Of a DNA stretch of 64,000 bases, positions 43,119 through 52,632 are shown in pieces (within the stretch, counting starts at the first letter, position 1; each line of letters starts with the position of its first letter). The stretch is taken from NCBI GenBank assembly GCA_963830455.1, contig CAWHMT010000004.1:178644-242643 (forward strand). Reading direction: 5' to 3'. The translations under genes and the position numbers were made by a program. The stretch comes from an uncultured Gemmatimonadales bacterium (GTDB taxonomy: Bacteria > Gemmatimonadota > Gemmatimonadetes > Gemmatimonadales > GWC2-71-9). The notes beneath the pieces are model-generated. The model worked only from the letters and a program-made list of their open reading frames with translations, made no database searches and was not told the DNA's origin.

Positions 43119-44053
43119 CAGCGGCGACGGTGCACCGATTCTTTGAGGATGTTGGTCGTGATGAAGGCGATGTTCGCGGGGCGCTCCGCGAGCCGCCGCA
43201 TCAGGTAGGGATACCAGTGGGTGCCGAACGGCACGTACACCCGCAGGTTGTAGCCTTCGTGGCGCAGCCGATACTGCAGATCGCGGCGCACACCATAGAG
43301 CATCTGAAACTCGAATCGATCGGCGGCAATCCCCCTCTGCTTCGTGAACGCCGTGGCGTGATGGATGATCTTCACGTCGTGCGTCGCGATTCCGGGATAG
43401 TGGCCGCGCTCCAGCAGCCGCTCCATGCAGGCGATGTAGCTCGCGTCCACGTCCTTCTTCTCCGGAAACGCGACGTCTTCCGGTTCCTGGTAGGCGCCTT
43501 TACACAGCCGGACACGCGCGCCGAGCGCAATCATCGCGTCGACGTCGGCGGCGGTGCGGCGCAAGTACGACTGCAACACGACACCCACGGCGTTGCCGAA
43601 CTCCGGATACAACACCGTGGCAAAGAGCTGGAGCGTGCGCTCGGTATACGTCGACTGCTCCATGTCGATGCGTACGAACGAGTCGTACTGCTTCGCCTTG
43701 CCGATGATGGCGCGCATGTTTTTGATGCACAGCTGCTCGTCGATGTCGAGCCCCATCTGCGTGAGCTTGACCGAGACGTTGGCGTTTGCTGTGGCACTGT
43801 GAATCCGGTCGAGCACCTCGCTATAGGTTTGACACGCCCGCTGGGCTTCTTCGGCATGCAGGACCGATTCGCCCAGCAAATCGATAGAGGCGGACAGGTC
43901 GCTCGCATTGAGGTCGCGCAGGGCCGCGATGGCTTCGTCGATTGTTTCACCCGCGACGAATCGCGACGCGAGCTTCCGGGCAAGGCGGTTCTTCCGGACG
44001 AAACGAAAGATGCTGGGCTGCTCGCTCAACCACAGAAACGCGGCTTTCAGCAT
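43118..44053 (-). CDS. Proline dehydrogenase (monofunctional PutA-like)
   Basis: 311 aa. LARKLASRFVAGETIDEAIAALRDLN...SIDLLGE and the TIM-barrel C-terminus YVPFG..WYPYLMRRLAERPAN are typical of the family. Confidence 0.85.
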   Translation of the reverse strand: MLKAAFLWLSEQPSIFRFVRKNRLARKLASRFVAGETIDEAIAALRDLNASDLSASIDLLGESVLHAEEAQRACQTYSEVLDRIHSATANANVSVKLTQMGLDIDEQLCIKNMRAIIGKAKQYDSFVRIDMEQSTYTERTLQLFATVLYPEFGNAVGVVLQSYLRRTAADVDAMIALGARVRLCKGAYQEPEDVAFPEKKDVDASYIACMERLLERGHYPGIATHDVKIIHHATAFTKQRGIAADRFEFQMLYGVRRDLQYRLRHEGYNLRVYVPFGTHWYPYLMRRLAERPANIAFITTNILKESVHRRR

Positions 44054-46212
44054 CAGCCGTAGAGCTTTGTCCCGCGGCCGGCATGCTCGCGCAGCACCTC
44101 ACAGGGCGCGAACCGCGCGCCGTACCGCTCCGCCAGCCGCTCGAGATCGTTCACCACGCGCTCGGCGCCAAGGTCGTCGGCATAGCGCAGCGGCCCGCCG
44201 CGGAAGGGCGGGAAGCCGAATCCGAAGATCGCGCCGATGTCGCCGTCACGCGGATTCCGCACGACTCCTTCGCCCAGCGCGCGCGCGGCTTCATTGACCA
44301 TGCCGAGCACGAGGCGCTGCAGGATCTCCGCGGGCCGGGGGCCGCCGTTCGGACGCGCACCGAGCAGCTCGTACACGCTCTCGTCGACGCCGCGCTTCTT
44401 CCCGCCCTTATAGATGTAGAAGCCGCGACCCGATTTCCGGCCGAGGCGGCCCGCTTTGACGAGGGCGGCGATGCCCGGCCCCGGCGCGGGGATGATGTGA
44501 TCGCCGTAGGCCTCCTGCATGACGCCCGCCACTTTCAGCGCGACGTCGAGCCCGACCTCATCGAGCAGCGTCACGGGACCCACCGGGAACCCGAAGCGGA
44601 CGGCCATGCTGTCGATGTCCTCGATGGATGCGCCGTCGGCCAGCACATGGCCGATTTCATTGGCGTACGGCGCCAGGATCCGGTTTACCCAGAAGCCCGG
44701 ACTGTCGCGCACGACGATGACGGTCTTGCCCATGCGGCGGCCGAACGTCACGGCGGTGCTGATGGTCTGCGGCGTCGTGCGCGCGCCCGGGATGACTTCC
44801 AGCAACGGCATTTTCGCGACCGGCGAGAAGAAATGCATGCCGATGACGCGCTCGGGATCGCGCGCCGCTTCGGCGATCCGCGTGATGGGAATGGTCGAGG
44901 TATTCGAGGCGAACACGCCCGAGGACGGCAACACGCCTTCCGCCTCTCGCAGGACCTGCTGCTTGACCCCGAGATCCTCGAATACGGCTTCGATCGTCAA
45001 TTCCGCCCGGCCGAACCCCGCGTACGTGTCGCCGCCGGACAGCAGCGCGACGAGCCTCGCGTACTCGTACTTCGAAATGCGGCGCCGCTTCAGCCGGTCA
45101 TCGAGAATCGCGCGCGCGGCCAGGATGCCCTGCGCCACGCGCCCGAGGTCGGCGTCCTTCATGCGGACGTCGACTTCGCCCTGCGCCACCGCGGTTCCGG
45201 CGATCCCCGATCCCATGAAGCCTGAGCCGATGATTCCGAGCCGGTTCACGCGCGCGGCGGCAGGGGCATCCGCAACGCCCGGATCCTTCTTGAGCTGATT
45301 GGTGGCAAAGAAGATCTGCACGAGCTTGCGGGAGACATCGGTTACGGCGAGCTGCCCGAACAATTGCGCTTCGCGCTTCAGTCCTTCCGCGATGCCGTGT
45401 TTCAACCCGTACTCGACGGCCTCGAGCGCCGCGAGCGGCGCAGGATAATGCCCGGCCGTCCGCTCGAGCACCTGCTTGCGCGCCGCGCGGAACACGATGC
45501 GCCGCCCCAGCGGATTGCCGTCGAGCAGAAACCCGACGAATCCACCGGGCCGTTTGCGCTTGGGCCGCCACCCGCCGGCCATTTTGTGAGCGGCACGGAA
45601 TGTGATCTCATGCAGAATCGCTGGCGGTACCAGCTCGTCGACGATACCGAGCCGGAACGCCTTGGCGGCACGCTCCAGTCTCCCGGCGAGAATCATGTCC
45701 AGTGCCGCGCGCGCCCCGATGAGGCGCGGCAGGCGCTGGCAACCGCCCGCCGCCGGCAGGATGCCGAGCTGAACCTCGGGCAGACCGATCTGGGTCTTGG
45801 GGTGATCGGTTGCGACGCGATAATGGCACGCGAGCGCGAACTCGAGGCCACCACCCAGACAGCCGCCGTGAATGCCCGCGACGACGGGTTTCGGGAAGCG
45901 TGCGACCCGCTCGAGCAGCTCCTGCCCGTCAGCGGCCAGGCGTTCCGCTTCGGCGGCCGACCCCAGTCTCACGAATTCCTCGATGTCGGCGCCGGCAATG
46001 AAGTTCTCGGGCTTGCCGGACAGGAACGCCACGCCGCGCACGTGAGGATCGTCGGCCAGGGCCGCGAAGCACGCGAGAAACTCGTCTTTCACGCCGCGCG
46101 AAATGACGTTGACCGGATGGCCTTTGAGATCCAGCACCACGACGGCGATGCCGTCGGTGATGTCCCACGTGACGGCCGGCGCGCTGCGCGCCGGCGGCGC
46201 AATCGTCGCCAT
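44053..46212 (-). CDS. fadJ: Fatty-acid oxidation multifunctional protein: enoyl-CoA hydratase + 3-hydroxyacyl-CoA dehydrogenase
   Basis: The ATG at 46212 (MATIAPP) overlaps the thiolase stop (TAATG). It has an N-terminal crotonase fold and the Rossmann motif IIGSGFMGSGIA. The thiolase-first gene order resembles fadIJ. Confidence 0.88.
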   Translation of the reverse strand: MATIAPPARSAPAVTWDITDGIAVVVLDLKGHPVNVISRGVKDEFLACFAALADDPHVRGVAFLSGKPENFIAGADIEEFVRLGSAAEAERLAADGQELLERVARFPKPVVAGIHGGCLGGGLEFALACHYRVATDHPKTQIGLPEVQLGILPAAGGCQRLPRLIGARAALDMILAGRLERAAKAFRLGIVDELVPPAILHEITFRAAHKMAGGWRPKRKRPGGFVGFLLDGNPLGRRIVFRAARKQVLERTAGHYPAPLAALEAVEYGLKHGIAEGLKREAQLFGQLAVTDVSRKLVQIFFATNQLKKDPGVADAPAAARVNRLGIIGSGFMGSGIAGTAVAQGEVDVRMKDADLGRVAQGILAARAILDDRLKRRRISKYEYARLVALLSGGDTYAGFGRAELTIEAVFEDLGVKQQVLREAEGVLPSSGVFASNTSTIPITRIAEAARDPERVIGMHFFSPVAKMPLLEVIPGARTTPQTISTAVTFGRRMGKTVIVVRDSPGFWVNRILAPYANEIGHVLADGASIEDIDSMAVRFGFPVGPVTLLDEVGLDVALKVAGVMQEAYGDHIIPAPGPGIAALVKAGRLGRKSGRGFYIYKGGKKRGVDESVYELLGARPNGGPRPAEILQRLVLGMVNEAARALGEGVVRNPRDGDIGAIFGFGFPPFRGGPLRYADDLGAERVVNDLERLAERYGARFAPCEVLREHAGRGTKLYG

Positions 46213-47471
46213 TATCGACGTTCCAGAACCATGGCGAAGCCCATCCCGCCCTGGGCGCACACGGAGATGAGACCGAATTGCACGTCGCGGCGGACCATCT
46301 CATTGGACAGCGTCGTGACCAAACGCCCGCCCGTGGCGCCGAACGGATGACCGATCGCGATCGAGCCGCCCATCACGTTGATGATGTCCTCATTGATGTC
46401 CCAACCCTTGGCCGCAAAACCCTGGAGATTCGAGAGGACTTGCGCGGCGAACGCCTCGTGCAGCTCGATCAGTCCCAGGTCCTTCCATTGAATCCCGGCG
46501 CGTTCGAGGGCCTTGGGGACCGCCCACACCGGCGCCTGCAGGAGCTGCCAGCCCGGATCGACCGCCGCAACCGCATACGACCGGATGTAGGTGAGCGGCG
46601 CGTAGCCGAGCGCCTGCGCGGCCTCGGCGCTCATCAGCAAGACGGCCGACGCTCCATCGGTGAGTGGCGAGGCATTGGCGGCGGTCACACTGCCGTAGCG
46701 GCGGTCGAACACCGGCCTGAGCTTCGCCATCTGCTCGAGCGACGTATCGGCTCTGATGCCGTTGTCCTGCTGGACGATCGGCTCACCGGGCCGTGTCGAG
46801 AGCCAGGGCGCGATCTCGGCCGTGAGCCGGCCGTCCGTGGTGCCTTGGGCCGCGAGCGTGTGGCTGCGCAGCGCCCAGCGATCCTGCTCTTCGCGCGAGA
46901 TGTGATTCTCCTTGGCCATCTTCTCCGCCGACTGGCCCATCGACTCACCGGTCGACGGCTCCGCGATCGCGGGCGCGACCGGAATCAGGTCTTTCGGGCG
47001 AATCTTGGCGAAGGTCTTGACGCGGGCGCCCAGCGACTTGGCCTTGCTCGCCTCGACCAGAATGTCGGCGAGCCGGCGCGATGCGAGAATCGGAATGTCC
47101 GACAGCGCTTCGGCGCCCCCCGCCACGATCACGGCCGCGTTGCCCAACGCGATTTGATCGTGTGCGGCGGTGACGGCTTGATTCGAGGAGGCGCAGGCTC
47201 GATTCAGGGAGTAGGCGGGGATCTCTTTGGGGAATTGCGGCAGGAGGCTGACTTCACGGCCGATGTTCGGCACCAGGGGCGACGGGACCACCTGTCCGAA
47301 GATGACTTCGTCGACTTCCTGCCCGTCCAGATTGGTGCGTTCGAGCAGCTCGCGGGCGGCGTAGCGGGCGAGATCGACGGCGCGCACATCCTTCAACGAG
47401 GTGCCCGCTTTGCTGAACGGCGTTCGGACGCCGGCGACGACTGCCACGCGCCGTCCGTTGAGACCCGGCAT
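46212..47471 (-). CDS. fadI: Acetyl-CoA acyltransferase (3-ketoacyl-CoA thiolase)
   Basis: LNRACASS (active-site Cys), NVMGGSIAIGHPFGATG and CAQGGMG. Confidence 0.9.
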   Translation of the reverse strand: MPGLNGRRVAVVAGVRTPFSKAGTSLKDVRAVDLARYAARELLERTNLDGQEVDEVIFGQVVPSPLVPNIGREVSLLPQFPKEIPAYSLNRACASSNQAVTAAHDQIALGNAAVIVAGGAEALSDIPILASRRLADILVEASKAKSLGARVKTFAKIRPKDLIPVAPAIAEPSTGESMGQSAEKMAKENHISREEQDRWALRSHTLAAQGTTDGRLTAEIAPWLSTRPGEPIVQQDNGIRADTSLEQMAKLRPVFDRRYGSVTAANASPLTDGASAVLLMSAEAAQALGYAPLTYIRSYAVAAVDPGWQLLQAPVWAVPKALERAGIQWKDLGLIELHEAFAAQVLSNLQGFAAKGWDINEDIINVMGGSIAIGHPFGATGGRLVTTLSNEMVRRDVQFGLISVCAQGGMGFAMVLERR

Positions 47472-47490
47472 TAGATTCCCCTCCGATTTT

Positions 47491-47516
47491 CCTCGCCCCC
47501 GAGCCTGGGGGTGAGG
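47491..47516. promoter_or_regulatory. GC-rich hairpin in the divergent fadI / glpD intergenic region
   Basis: cctcgccccc (47491-47500) pairs with gggggtgagg (47507-47516): 10 bp with one G-U, and a 6-nt loop. Confidence 0.3.
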
Positions 47517-47550
47517 TCGAAACCTACCACCAGCCCCGAGTGGAGGGGAG

Positions 47551-49182
47551 TTGGAGCAGACGCGAGCCGCCGCCCTTCAGTCTCTGATCGATACGCCCGT
47601 GGACGTGCTCATCATCGGCGCAGGGATCACGGGCGCGGGGATCGCGCGGGATGCGGCCATGCGCGGCTTCCGCACCGCCCTGATCGACAAGGCGGACTTC
47701 GGCGCCGGCACGTCGTCCCATTCATCGCGGCTGATTCATGGCGGCGTCCGCTATCTGGAGCAGTACGCGTTTCGGCTGGTGTTCGAGTCCAGTCACGAGC
47801 GCCGCATCCTGCTGAAGATCGCGCCCCACCTCGTGCGGCCGCTCGCTTTCCTCTTTCCTGTGTATCGCGGCGGCCGCGTGCCTGGCTGGAAGCTGCGCGC
47901 CGGGATGTGGCTGTACGACTTGCTCGCCGCGTTCCGGAACGTGGGACGGCACCGTTGGCTGGGTGCCAAAGAGGTCCGGCGCGTCGAGCCGGGCTTGCGC
48001 GATCGCGGGCTCAAGGGCGCCGCGATGTACTACGACGCGCAGGTCGACGACGCCCGGCTCGTCATCGCCAACGTGCGCGCGGCCGCGCGCGCGGGGGCGC
48101 TCGTGGCCAATTACGTCGAGGCGACGGCGCTGCTCAAACCGGACGGCCGGATCCGTGGGGTCACGATCCGCGACGTGCTCAGCGGCGAGACGACAACCAT
48201 TCGCGCCAACGTCGTGGTGAATGCCACGGGCCCCTGGTCCGACGCGCTGCGCCGTCTCGACAATCCTGCCGCCAAACCGCTGCTTCGCCCCACCAAGGGC
48301 GCCCATGTCTTCGTGCCGCGGCGCCGGATGTCGAACGAACATGCGGTCACGCTGTTCTCGCAGCTCGACGGCCGGGTGATGTTTGTGCTGCCTTGGGGAG
48401 ACCTGTCGTACATCGGAACCACCGATACGGACGCCGACACCTCGCCCGACGCGTTGCGTGTGACATCCGCCGATGTCACGTACCTGCTCCGATCGGCCAA
48501 CGCGGCGTTTCCGGACGCGCATCTCACCACGAACGACGTCATCTCGGGATGGGCGGGGCTGCGGCCGTTGCTGCACCAGGATAACGCGACCCCGTCGCAG
48601 GTGTCCCGTGAGCACGCGATCGAAGAAAGCGCGCAGGGGCTCGTCTCAATCGTGGGCGGGAAGCTCACCACGTATCGGGTGATGGCGCGCGACGTCGTCG
48701 ATCGCGTCGCGAAGCGACTGCACGCGCTCGATGGTCGCCCCATCGCGCCGCACCCGCCGACGGATCGCGAGCCTTTGCCGGGAGGCGAGTCCGCCGACCT
48801 CGAGGTGCTGGTCGAAGCGGCGCGCGCGCGGGGGACGCCTGAAGCGACCGCGCGCCATCTGGTCGCGAGCTATGGCAGCGAGGCCGCGGCCGTGCTGAAC
48901 CTGATCGATCGCGAGCGCCCGCTCGGCCAGCCGATCCTCCCCGGGCGGCCTGAGATCTGGGCGGAAGTGACATATGCGGTCGAGCGCGAACTGGCGCTGC
49001 GGGTGCAGGACGTGTTGATCCGTCGCCTGCAGTTGTTTTACGAAACGCGGGACCAGGGGCTGTCCATCGCCGGCGCGGTCGCGAGCCGGATGAAAAAGCT
49101 CCTCGGCTGGGACGAGACCCGTGAAGCCGAGGAGCTCCGTGACTACGCGCACGCCGTCGAACGCGCCCGGATCAAGGTTTGA
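47551..49182 (+). CDS. glpD: FAD-dependent glycerol-3-phosphate dehydrogenase/oxidase
   Basis: The TTG start is preceded by GGAGGGGA. DVLIIGAGITGAGIARDAAMRG and SSRLIHGGVRYLE are GlpD signatures. Confidence 0.88.
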   Translation: MEQTRAAALQSLIDTPVDVLIIGAGITGAGIARDAAMRGFRTALIDKADFGAGTSSHSSRLIHGGVRYLEQYAFRLVFESSHERRILLKIAPHLVRPLAFLFPVYRGGRVPGWKLRAGMWLYDLLAAFRNVGRHRWLGAKEVRRVEPGLRDRGLKGAAMYYDAQVDDARLVIANVRAAARAGALVANYVEATALLKPDGRIRGVTIRDVLSGETTTIRANVVVNATGPWSDALRRLDNPAAKPLLRPTKGAHVFVPRRRMSNEHAVTLFSQLDGRVMFVLPWGDLSYIGTTDTDADTSPDALRVTSADVTYLLRSANAAFPDAHLTTNDVISGWAGLRPLLHQDNATPSQVSREHAIEESAQGLVSIVGGKLTTYRVMARDVVDRVAKRLHALDGRPIAPHPPTDREPLPGGESADLEVLVEAARARGTPEATARHLVASYGSEAAAVLNLIDRERPLGQPILPGRPEIWAEVTYAVERELALRVQDVLIRRLQLFYETRDQGLSIAGAVASRMKKLLGWDETREAEELRDYAHAVERARIKV

Positions 49183-50446
49183 CGCGCACGCGCGGTCGGA
49201 TACGAATGTTCGAGTCGTCGTCGTCGTCTTCGATCTGGCGCAGCGCCCACGTCGCGGCGCGCCGAACCGATCCCGCTTCATCGCTCTGAGCAGCCACGAG
49301 CCCGTCGCGGGCGAGCGGGCTTTCGATCTCGCCCAGGGCCCACGCGGCGGTCGCGCGGACCTCGATGTCACTGTCCTTGAGCGCCGCGACCAGCGGATCG
49401 ACCGCGCTTTCGCTTTCGATTTCTCCCAACGCCCAGGCGGCGAGCACGCGCACCTCGGGGTCGGCGTCGCGCAGGCCGACGGCCACGAGGCGGACCCCGC
49501 TCGCTTCTTCGATTTCGCCCAGTGCCCAGAGCGCCGTCTTGCGCACGCTCACGACCGGATCGCGCACGAGCGGCTCGAGCGCCGCGACGCCTTGACCGCT
49601 TTCGATTTCACCCAGCGCCCAGGCCGCGGCCTGGCGCACGCGCGGCTCGCGGTCCTTCGTGGCGGTGGTGAGCAGCGGCACCGCGCTGGCGTCCTCGATT
49701 TCGCCGAGGGACCACACCGCGGCGATGCGGACCTCGAGGACCGGATCGTTCACGGCCGCCGTGAGCGGGCGAACCCCGCGCGCGTCTTCGATCTCGCCGA
49801 TCGCCCACGCGGCGGTGCGACGGACTTCGGGTGCGCGGTCATTGAGGGCGCGCGCGAGCGCGTCGATGGCGACCTTGTCTTCGATCTCCCCGAGCGCCCA
49901 GGCCGCGGTCATGCGAACCGCGGGGGTATCGTCATCGCTCAGCGCCTTGCTGAGCGGACTGATGGCGCGCGAGTCCTCCATTTCGCCGAGGCCCAACGCA
50001 CCGGTCTCGCGCAGGTCGGCCCGTGCGTCGCGCAGCAGGCTGATGAAGAGATCGTACTCACCCGATCCGCCGTGATTCCCGAGCACGCGCACGGCGATCT
50101 TGCGCACGCAAGGGTTCTCGTCGCGCACGAAGGAGCGGAACGCGCGCAGCGCCCCCGGGTCGATGTCCGAGCTGCGCTCGTGCATCTCGACGTGAACGCC
50201 GCCACCGCCGCCTCCGGGCATCGGCATTGGAGTCGGCATCGGGCGCGGCATCGGCATCGCCGGGTCTGAGTAGTTCCAACCGCCCCAGCCCCACCAGCCG
50301 CCATAGTTGGTCATGGCCTGGCCAGCGAGCCGGCAGACGGTGGAATCGCTCGTCTTGAGCTGCGAGAGCACCCGCGTGACCGTAGCGGAGTCGAGGGTGG
50401 GGTGGTTCTGCACGGCGACCAGCAAAGCCAGGAACGTTGCAAGCAT
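49172..50446 (-). CDS. HEAT (PBS-lyase type) repeat protein with signal-anchor, Trp/Gly-rich and (Met-Pro)n segments
   Basis: The ATG at 50446 gives MLATFLALLVAV, followed by NYGGWWGWGGWNY, PAMPMPRPMPTPMPMPGGGGGG and then ten 31-aa units ending in AAWALGEIE-like motifs. Confidence 0.8.
   Translation of the reverse strand: MLATFLALLVAVQNHPTLDSATVTRVLSQLKTSDSTVCRLAGQAMTNYGGWWGWGGWNYSDPAMPMPRPMPTPMPMPGGGGGGVHVEMHERSSDIDPGALRAFRSFVRDENPCVRKIAVRVLGNHGGSGEYDLFISLLRDARADLRETGALGLGEMEDSRAISPLSKALSDDDTPAVRMTAAWALGEIEDKVAIDALARALNDRAPEVRRTAAWAIGEIEDARGVRPLTAAVNDPVLEVRIAAVWSLGEIEDASAVPLLTTATKDREPRVRQAAAWALGEIESGQGVAALEPLVRDPVVSVRKTALWALGEIEEASGVRLVAVGLRDADPEVRVLAAWALGEIESESAVDPLVAALKDSDIEVRATAAWALGEIESPLARDGLVAAQSDEAGSVRRAATWALRQIEDDDDDSNIRIRPRVRVKP
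49215..50146 (-). repeat. In-frame tandem array of ~93-bp HEAT-like units (10 copies)
   Basis: The units end VRVLGNHGG, GALGLGEME, AAWALGEIED, AAWAIGEIED, AVWSLGEIED, AAWALGEIES, ALWALGEIEE, AAWALGEIES, AAWALGEIES, ATWALRQIED. Confidence 0.8.
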
Positions 50447-50488
50447 GACCAATCCCGGGTGGAGGATACGTCCGTTTGGATATGAGGA

Positions 50489-51370
50489 ATGTCCCAAAGG
50501 TTGCCGCGTCGGGAAATGGCGGTATTTTCCCGCCCCGTGCGTCACCGTACCTGGCCCGTTTTCCTCTGTGTTGTCGGTCTCCCCGCCTGCTCCCGGCCTG
50601 AAGCGCCCCGGCAAGCGATTGCCGCGGCGAGTACGGCGGACTCGATCATCCCTGATGGCCCCTTTGGCGACGCCGTGCGCCGCGGCCGGGCGATTCTGCT
50701 GGCAACCCGCGACAGCCTACCGAGCCACGTGGGAAACCAGCTGCGTTGTACCAGCTGTCATCTCGACGCCGGGCGCCGGGAGATGGGCTCCTGGGTCGGC
50801 GTGTTCGGGCGCTATCCGCAATACCGTCCCCGCAGTGGCATCGTCGAAACGATCGAATACCGCGTCAATGACTGCTTCCGCCGCAGCATGAACGGCACCG
50901 CGCTGGACCCGGCGGGTACCGACATGCGCGACATCGTGGCCTACCTGGCGTTTCTGTCTCGGGGAACCCCGGTGGGCCCGCCCACCGTGGCACCCGGAAC
51001 GCGACTCCAGAAGTGGGCTTCGTTTTCGGCGGACACCGCGGCGGGCGCGCGCGTGTTCGGCGCGTCGTGCGCGAAGTGCCACGGCGCGGCCGGGGAGGGA
51101 AGCGCTGTCGCGCCCCCGGTGTGGGGTCCGCAGTCGTACAACGTGGGAGCGGGGATGACGCGCGTCCGCGCCGCGGCCGAGTTCATCCGGCACAACATGC
51201 CGTTCGACGCACCCGGAACGCTCACCGACCAGCAGGCCTTTGACGTCGCCGCATACGTGAATGCGCAGCCGCGACCCGATTACAAAGGCAAGGAAAACGA
51301 CTGGCCGAACGGCGATCCGCCACCCGATGTTGCGTATCCAACGCGGTCCGCCACACGCCGCGTCCCGTAG
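50489..51370 (+). CDS. Dihaem c-type cytochrome, TsdA-like (thiosulfate dehydrogenase family)
   Basis: It has two CxxCH sites (CTSCH, CAKCH). LPSHVGNQLRCTSCHLDAG and RVNDCFRRSMNG resemble TsdA as I recall it. An alternative start at 50516 gives a lipobox (GLPAC). Confidence 0.7.
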   Translation: MSQRLPRREMAVFSRPVRHRTWPVFLCVVGLPACSRPEAPRQAIAAASTADSIIPDGPFGDAVRRGRAILLATRDSLPSHVGNQLRCTSCHLDAGRREMGSWVGVFGRYPQYRPRSGIVETIEYRVNDCFRRSMNGTALDPAGTDMRDIVAYLAFLSRGTPVGPPTVAPGTRLQKWASFSADTAAGARVFGASCAKCHGAAGEGSAVAPPVWGPQSYNVGAGMTRVRAAAEFIRHNMPFDAPGTLTDQQAFDVAAYVNAQPRPDYKGKENDWPNGDPPPDVAYPTRSATRRVP

Positions 51371-51393
51371 TTCACCACCTGAGGAGGTTTCCG

Positions 51394-52065
51394 ATGTTCG
51401 AGTTCAACGACGTCACTACTCCCCGCCGCGGCTTTTTGGGTACTCTTGCCGCCACCGCGGCCGCAGGTCTCGCCAGCCTGACCCCGCTGCGGCTCGAGGC
51501 GCAGCCGCGCCGCGGATCGAGCGGCGTGGATGCGGCGTTCGAGACGTGGCTCAACCGGATCACGGGGAAGCACAAGATGGTGTTCGACGCGCCCGAGGTG
51601 AACGGCGGCATGCCGGTGATCTGGCCGCGCGTCTGGCTCAACGGCAACAACGAGAATTACGGCACCAAGGACGCCGACAACTCCGGCGTGGTCGTGCTCC
51701 GTCACTCGGCCATTCCGATTGCCATGAAGGATGAGGTGTGGGCGAAGTACAAACTGGGCGAGGCGTTCAACATCAAAGACGGCGATGCACCGGCCGTCAA
51801 GAACGGTTTCGCGAAGGTAATGCCCTTGCCGCTGCCGGGCACCGGGCTCGAAGCGCTGCTCGCGAGTGGCGTGCTGGTCGGTGTGTGCAACGTCGCACTC
51901 ACCGTCTACAGCGCCATGGTGGCGCAGAAGATGGGGCAGGATCCCGCCGCCGTGAAGGCGGACTGGGTTGCCGGCCTGCTGCCCGGCTGCCAGGTCGTGC
52001 CCTCAGGCGTGCTCGCGGTGGCGAGAACGCAGGAGAAGGGCTGCGGGTACTGTTTCGCGGGCTAA
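51394..52065 (+). CDS. Tat-exported hypothetical protein
   Basis: GAGGAGG lies 7 nt upstream. It has the twin-arginine signal TPRRGFLGTLAATAAAGLASL and no haem motif. A DsrE-like fold is a weak guess only. Confidence 0.65.
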   Translation: MFEFNDVTTPRRGFLGTLAATAAAGLASLTPLRLEAQPRRGSSGVDAAFETWLNRITGKHKMVFDAPEVNGGMPVIWPRVWLNGNNENYGTKDADNSGVVVLRHSAIPIAMKDEVWAKYKLGEAFNIKDGDAPAVKNGFAKVMPLPLPGTGLEALLASGVLVGVCNVALTVYSAMVAQKMGQDPAAVKADWVAGLLPGCQVVPSGVLAVARTQEKGCGYCFAG

Positions 52066-52096
52066 CCCCGCGTCGCGGTAAGAGGCGGTGAAAGGC

Positions 52097-52122
52097 GGCG
52101 AGGGGACGGTAAGACCCTCGCC
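52097..52122. terminator. Hairpin between convergent genes (possible bidirectional terminator)
   Basis: ggcgaggg (52097-52104) / ccctcgcc (52115-52122) with a 10-nt loop. The U-tracts are only weak. Confidence 0.35.
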
Positions 52123-52126
52123 GTCT

Positions 52127-52588
52127 TCATTCGAGCGTTGAACGCTCGGGCGCGGCCTGACGGGCGTACGTTAGACCGCGCATCGTGCTGTAGGCGAAGA
52201 TGAGCATGCCGGTAACGCGAATCAGCTGGCCCACGAGTTGGTCGTGATCGAGCAATCCCACCTCGCCGAGCAGGTAGGTCCAGTCATGCTCGCCCCCTCC
52301 GACCAGTGGGAGCTCCTGGGCCTGCGCGTCCTGCGCATACCTCGCGACGTTCCAGAGATTCTGCGCGACCCACCATGCGGCGACGGTCGCCGCGTGACGA
52401 TCCGGTCGTCGCCAGAAGTACCAGACGAAGGCAAGCGGGAAGAGCAACTGCAGGAGCGTGCCGCCAAGCACACCGACAAACTCGCCGAACGGTCCGAAGA
52501 CCAGATGACCGGTTTCATGGATGGCGAGATCGACGTTGTCGAGCAGGCCGTAGTGGTCCGGAACGACGAGATAGTACAGGCCATACAC
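52127..52588 (-). CDS. Small integral-membrane protein with HExxH motif
   Basis: 153 aa. AIHETGH sits next to hydrophobic helices (LGGTLLQLLFPLAFVWYFW, VTGMLIFAY). It has a GTG start, and the hydrophobic reading frame is also open upstream. Confidence 0.6.
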   Translation of the reverse strand: MYGLYYLVVPDHYGLLDNVDLAIHETGHLVFGPFGEFVGVLGGTLLQLLFPLAFVWYFWRRPDRHAATVAAWWVAQNLWNVARYAQDAQAQELPLVGGGEHDWTYLLGEVGLLDHDQLVGQLIRVTGMLIFAYSTMRGLTYARQAAPERSTLE

Positions 52589-52632
52589 GCCGAGCGCCGC
52601 GGTGAGCAGCTGCCGGCCGCGCGCCTGGCGCT

